Shown here in pieces: positions 61,696-64,000 of a stretch of DNA of 64,000 nucleotides. Origin of the DNA: Polyangium sp. y55x31 (GTDB taxonomy: Bacteria > Myxococcota_A > Polyangia > Polyangiales > Polyangiaceae); NCBI RefSeq assembly GCF_029946505.1, contig NZ_JARZHG010000009.1, positions 170,927-234,926 on the forward strand, read 5' to 3'. The translations under genes were made by a program, and so were the position numbers. Below the pieces are notes generated by a model, which was given only the letters and a program-made list of their open reading frames with translations, had not been told where the DNA came from and ran no database searches. Position 1 is the first letter of the stretch. Each line of letters begins with the position of its first letter.

Positions 61696-64000
61696 ATGCT
61701 TGTAGATTTCGAAAAGTTTACGGGATCACTACCCTATGCAAGCGGGCTCTTTGGGATTTATCAGCCTTTGCTCGGCTGGCGCGCAAAGGCCATGACGCGA
61801 CGCTTCGGGAACAGCGTCAACTTAAGTGAAGCGGTCATCGCATACACGGCATCAAAGATCATTCCGCAATATACCATCTCGGGCGTCGGTGGGCGGGAGC
61901 TCGAGCTCCAGAGCCTCTCGGTGGGTACCGTGACGACGCCCTACCGGGTAAGGCTGCCGGCCCAGATCGACAGCCACATCGCTCGTCGTGTGCTCGAGAT
62001 GATCCGGTCGGAGGAGACGATCCTCACCCGGGAGACCATCACCTGGGCGGAATTCGTCGCCCCTGCGGTCCTTGAAACCGAGCTCGCCACGATTCGACGG
62101 AAGCTCGCGCCGCCGCCCGGGGTCAGCGCGAGCAGCCGCGAGGCATTCAGGCGCGCAGCCGAGCGCGAGTCGGTAATCGCCGGCGTTCTCAGCAAGCTCT
62201 ATCAACAGAGCTCCTGGGACATCCTGAGCGGGCTCTTCTTCCCGAAGACGACGGAGATCGACTACTCCGACCTTTCGGGGATTTTCACGATTCTGGCGGA
62301 GCCGGAGGAGGAGTTCGCCATCGATGCGGAGATCAACCGTGCCGTGCTGTCTCCGGTCGGGATCATCCACCTGTTCCGCCAGTACTTCTTCGAGTTCGAC
62401 TCGTTCCTCGGACCCTCCATCCAGCACGTTTGGCTCTCGCCGGGCGCCGTTGTGGAACTCGTCGAGAGCCACGCGCGGAGGGTACAGACCGAGCGCTTTA
62501 CGGAGATCTCTTCCGAGTCGAGCCAGAAGACCGAGGAATCGGTCACGGACACGGACGAGATCTCCGATGCCATCAAGGACGAGAACACCAACAACACGAA
62601 GCTCGGCGTCAGCGCGAACATCGACGCCGGCCTGGACATGGAGATCTTCTCCGCGCACGCCTCGGCGAACGTAGGCTACGGGTTCGACAACACCCAGAAG
62701 AAGGCTCGGGAGCAGCTCCACAAGCAAACCCGAGCGCAGAGCTCGAAGGTCACGAACGAGATCAAGAGGAACCACAAGACCTCGCTGCGCACCGTGACCG
62801 AGACGACGGACGTGTCGAGCAAGCGTTACGTGCTCACGAACAACACGTCCGCGCTCGTGAACTACGAGTTGCGTCGGAAAATGCGGCAGGTCGGCGTGCA
62901 GCTCCAGGACATGGGCACGCAGCTTTGCTGGCAGGCGTACGTCGATGATCCGGGGCTCACGCTCGGCGTCGCCGAGCTCGTCCATATCGCGGAGCCGGCC
63001 GACTTGGCGAACCTCCCCCTGCCGCAGGCGCCGGTGTACCTCGAGCCCAAGGTCGTCGAAACGACGGTCAAGTTCGACTACGAGAGAGCGGACGACAGCG
63101 AAGGTAGCGAGATGGACGTCACCTTCTATGAGGGCAGCGATGAAGAGGGGGGGACCGACAACAACGACAAGATCGTATGGCAGAAAGAATACGACGTGTC
63201 ACCCCCGCAACATGGATACTGGCTCGAGAGCGTCCAGGTCACGCCCCTCCACAGCGCGGTGTGCGTGGCGGAGCCGGAGGTGATCCATTCGGGGGGTAAG
63301 TTCAAGATCAGCCTCAAGCAGGTCAATTTCAACAATCAGCCCTCGATCAACCTGGCGGTGAAGCTCAACTGGAACCCCCCGGATCAAAAAGCGCTCGAGG
63401 AGCAGTTCAATGCGGAGCTGGCCTCGCACGAGCAAGAGAAATCGCGACTGGCCAAGGAGGCCTTCATCAAGGCGGCGCGGGAGCGCGTGAGGCTCGCGAG
63501 CAGCATCGAAGCACGTAACAGCGTCGAGCTCCGCGAGGAGGAGCGGGTCGTCGTGTACCGCAAGCTCATCGAAAAGCTGCTCGACGTCGGTGTGGACCTG
63601 AAGAAGAACCCCACCACTCGGCACCTGATGTCCGAGCTCGTGAGCGCCCTGTTCGACGTCGACAAGATGCTCTACTTCGTGGCGCCGGAGTGGTGGAGTC
63701 CCCGTGCGCACCCCGTGAAACAATCGCTCGGCGCAGTCCAGGGCCCTGATGGCACGAAGTACGAAAAGCTCACGCCCGACAACGCGGTGAGCTGGGGCGG
63801 CTCCGCCGAGAACTTGCGGGATGCCAACTATTACATCACCGAGGATTCCCGGCCCGCGAAGCTCGGGAGCTCGCTCGGGTGGCTGCTGCAGCTCGACGGC
63901 GACACGATGCGGAATGCCTTCCTGAACGCACCGTGGGTGAAGGCGGTCATCCCCATCCGACCCGGCAAGGAGCTCGATGCGCTCAAGTGGCTGAAGAACG
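61696..64000 (+). CDS. large hypothetical protein, 3' end outside the window (at least 768 aa); no recognisable family; lower GC than the rest of the window
   Basis: Not in the supplied ORF track because no stop falls inside the window. I translated frame +1 block by block from ATG 61696 (GGAGGA 4 nt upstream; in-frame TAA at 61624) to 64000 and found no stop. Residue composition is protein-like and diverse. All overlapping track ORFs are in other frames or antisense. Confidence 0.7.
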   Translation, partial: MLVDFEKFTGSLPYASGLFGIYQPLLGWRAKAMTRRFGNSVNLSEAVIAYTASKIIPQYTISGVGGRELELQSLSVGTVTTPYRVRLPAQIDSHIARRVLEMIRSEETILTRETITWAEFVAPAVLETELATIRRKLAPPPGVSASSREAFRRAAERESVIAGVLSKLYQQSSWDILSGLFFPKTTEIDYSDLSGIFTILAEPEEEFAIDAEINRAVLSPVGIIHLFRQYFFEFDSFLGPSIQHVWLSPGAVVELVESHARRVQTERFTEISSESSQKTEESVTDTDEISDAIKDENTNNTKLGVSANIDAGLDMEIFSAHASANVGYGFDNTQKKAREQLHKQTRAQSSKVTNEIKRNHKTSLRTVTETTDVSSKRYVLTNNTSALVNYELRRKMRQVGVQLQDMGTQLCWQAYVDDPGLTLGVAELVHIAEPADLANLPLPQAPVYLEPKVVETTVKFDYERADDSEGSEMDVTFYEGSDEEGGTDNNDKIVWQKEYDVSPPQHGYWLESVQVTPLHSAVCVAEPEVIHSGGKFKISLKQVNFNNQPSINLAVKLNWNPPDQKALEEQFNAELASHEQEKSRLAKEAFIKAARERVRLASSIEARNSVELREEERVVVYRKLIEKLLDVGVDLKKNPTTRHLMSELVSALFDVDKMLYFVAPEWWSPRAHPVKQSLGAVQGPDGTKYEKLTPDNAVSWGGSAENLRDANYYITEDSRPAKLGSSLGWLLQLDGDTMRNAFLNAPWVKAVIPIRPGKELDALKWLKN

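Noticed and set aside
61852-62985. 377-aa minus-strand ORF and other short ORFs over 61.8-63.7 kb
   Set aside because: They are antisense or out of frame relative to the continuous +1 frame 61696->64000, which has diverse protein-like composition, whereas these are Arg/Leu/Asp/Val-rich.

Overview
64 kb from a ~70% GC chromosome that looks myxobacterial (Myxococcota; Sorangiineae-like codon usage). The lineage guess rests on an MglA-paralog GTPase, eukaryote-like Ser/Thr kinase, CHAD, VIT-vWA and Cys-rich repeat lipoproteins. I call about 41 protein genes, no rRNA or tRNA, and no CRISPR. The core is housekeeping: B12-dependent class II ribonucleotide reductase nrdJ, sppA, RNase J, thiL, cyclophilin, thiolase, a Rieske/cytochrome b-c module, a BamA/TamA-like Omp85, a GH13 amylase and sensor kinases. 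Accessory material sits between these genes. (1) Two paralogous two-gene cassettes, each an ABC/OLD-type ATPase translationally coupled to a small nuclease-like gene: one partner is PD-(D/E)xK-like and the other TOPRIM/DUF4276-like with lower GC. They flank housekeeping trmH and a PAS-STAS gene, forming a small defence-like island that ends in a ~450-bp degenerate tandem-repeat array. (2) A divergent pair of proteins that each carry two radical-SAM/SPASM-like modules, one fused to a Gfo/Idh/MocA oxidoreductase, next to a eukaryote-like PFK-2/FBPase-2 homolog. No precursor-peptide gene is visible, so this may be an undescribed sugar-phosphate or cyclitol tailoring locus. (3) A MITE-like ~285-bp element with ~50-bp terminal inverted repeats and two internal A5-stem-T5 palindromes sits between convergent genes; a related partial copy lies downstream of nrdJ. 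(4) A 3.9-kb gene encodes six near-identical 118-aa tandem repeats. (5) The last 2.3 kb is the most striking. Frame +1 is open from ATG 61696 to the window edge (at least 768 aa), so it is missing from the supplied ORF track, which needs a stop. It is lower GC, sits behind an AT-rich leader, and has no recognisable family. Its Ser/Thr-rich core alternates polar and hydrophobic residues like the membrane-inserting beta-hairpins of beta-pore-forming proteins, making it a candidate novel effector or toxin whose partner genes lie beyond the window. Many long ORFs in the track are antisense or N-terminally over-extended high-GC artefacts and were rejected.
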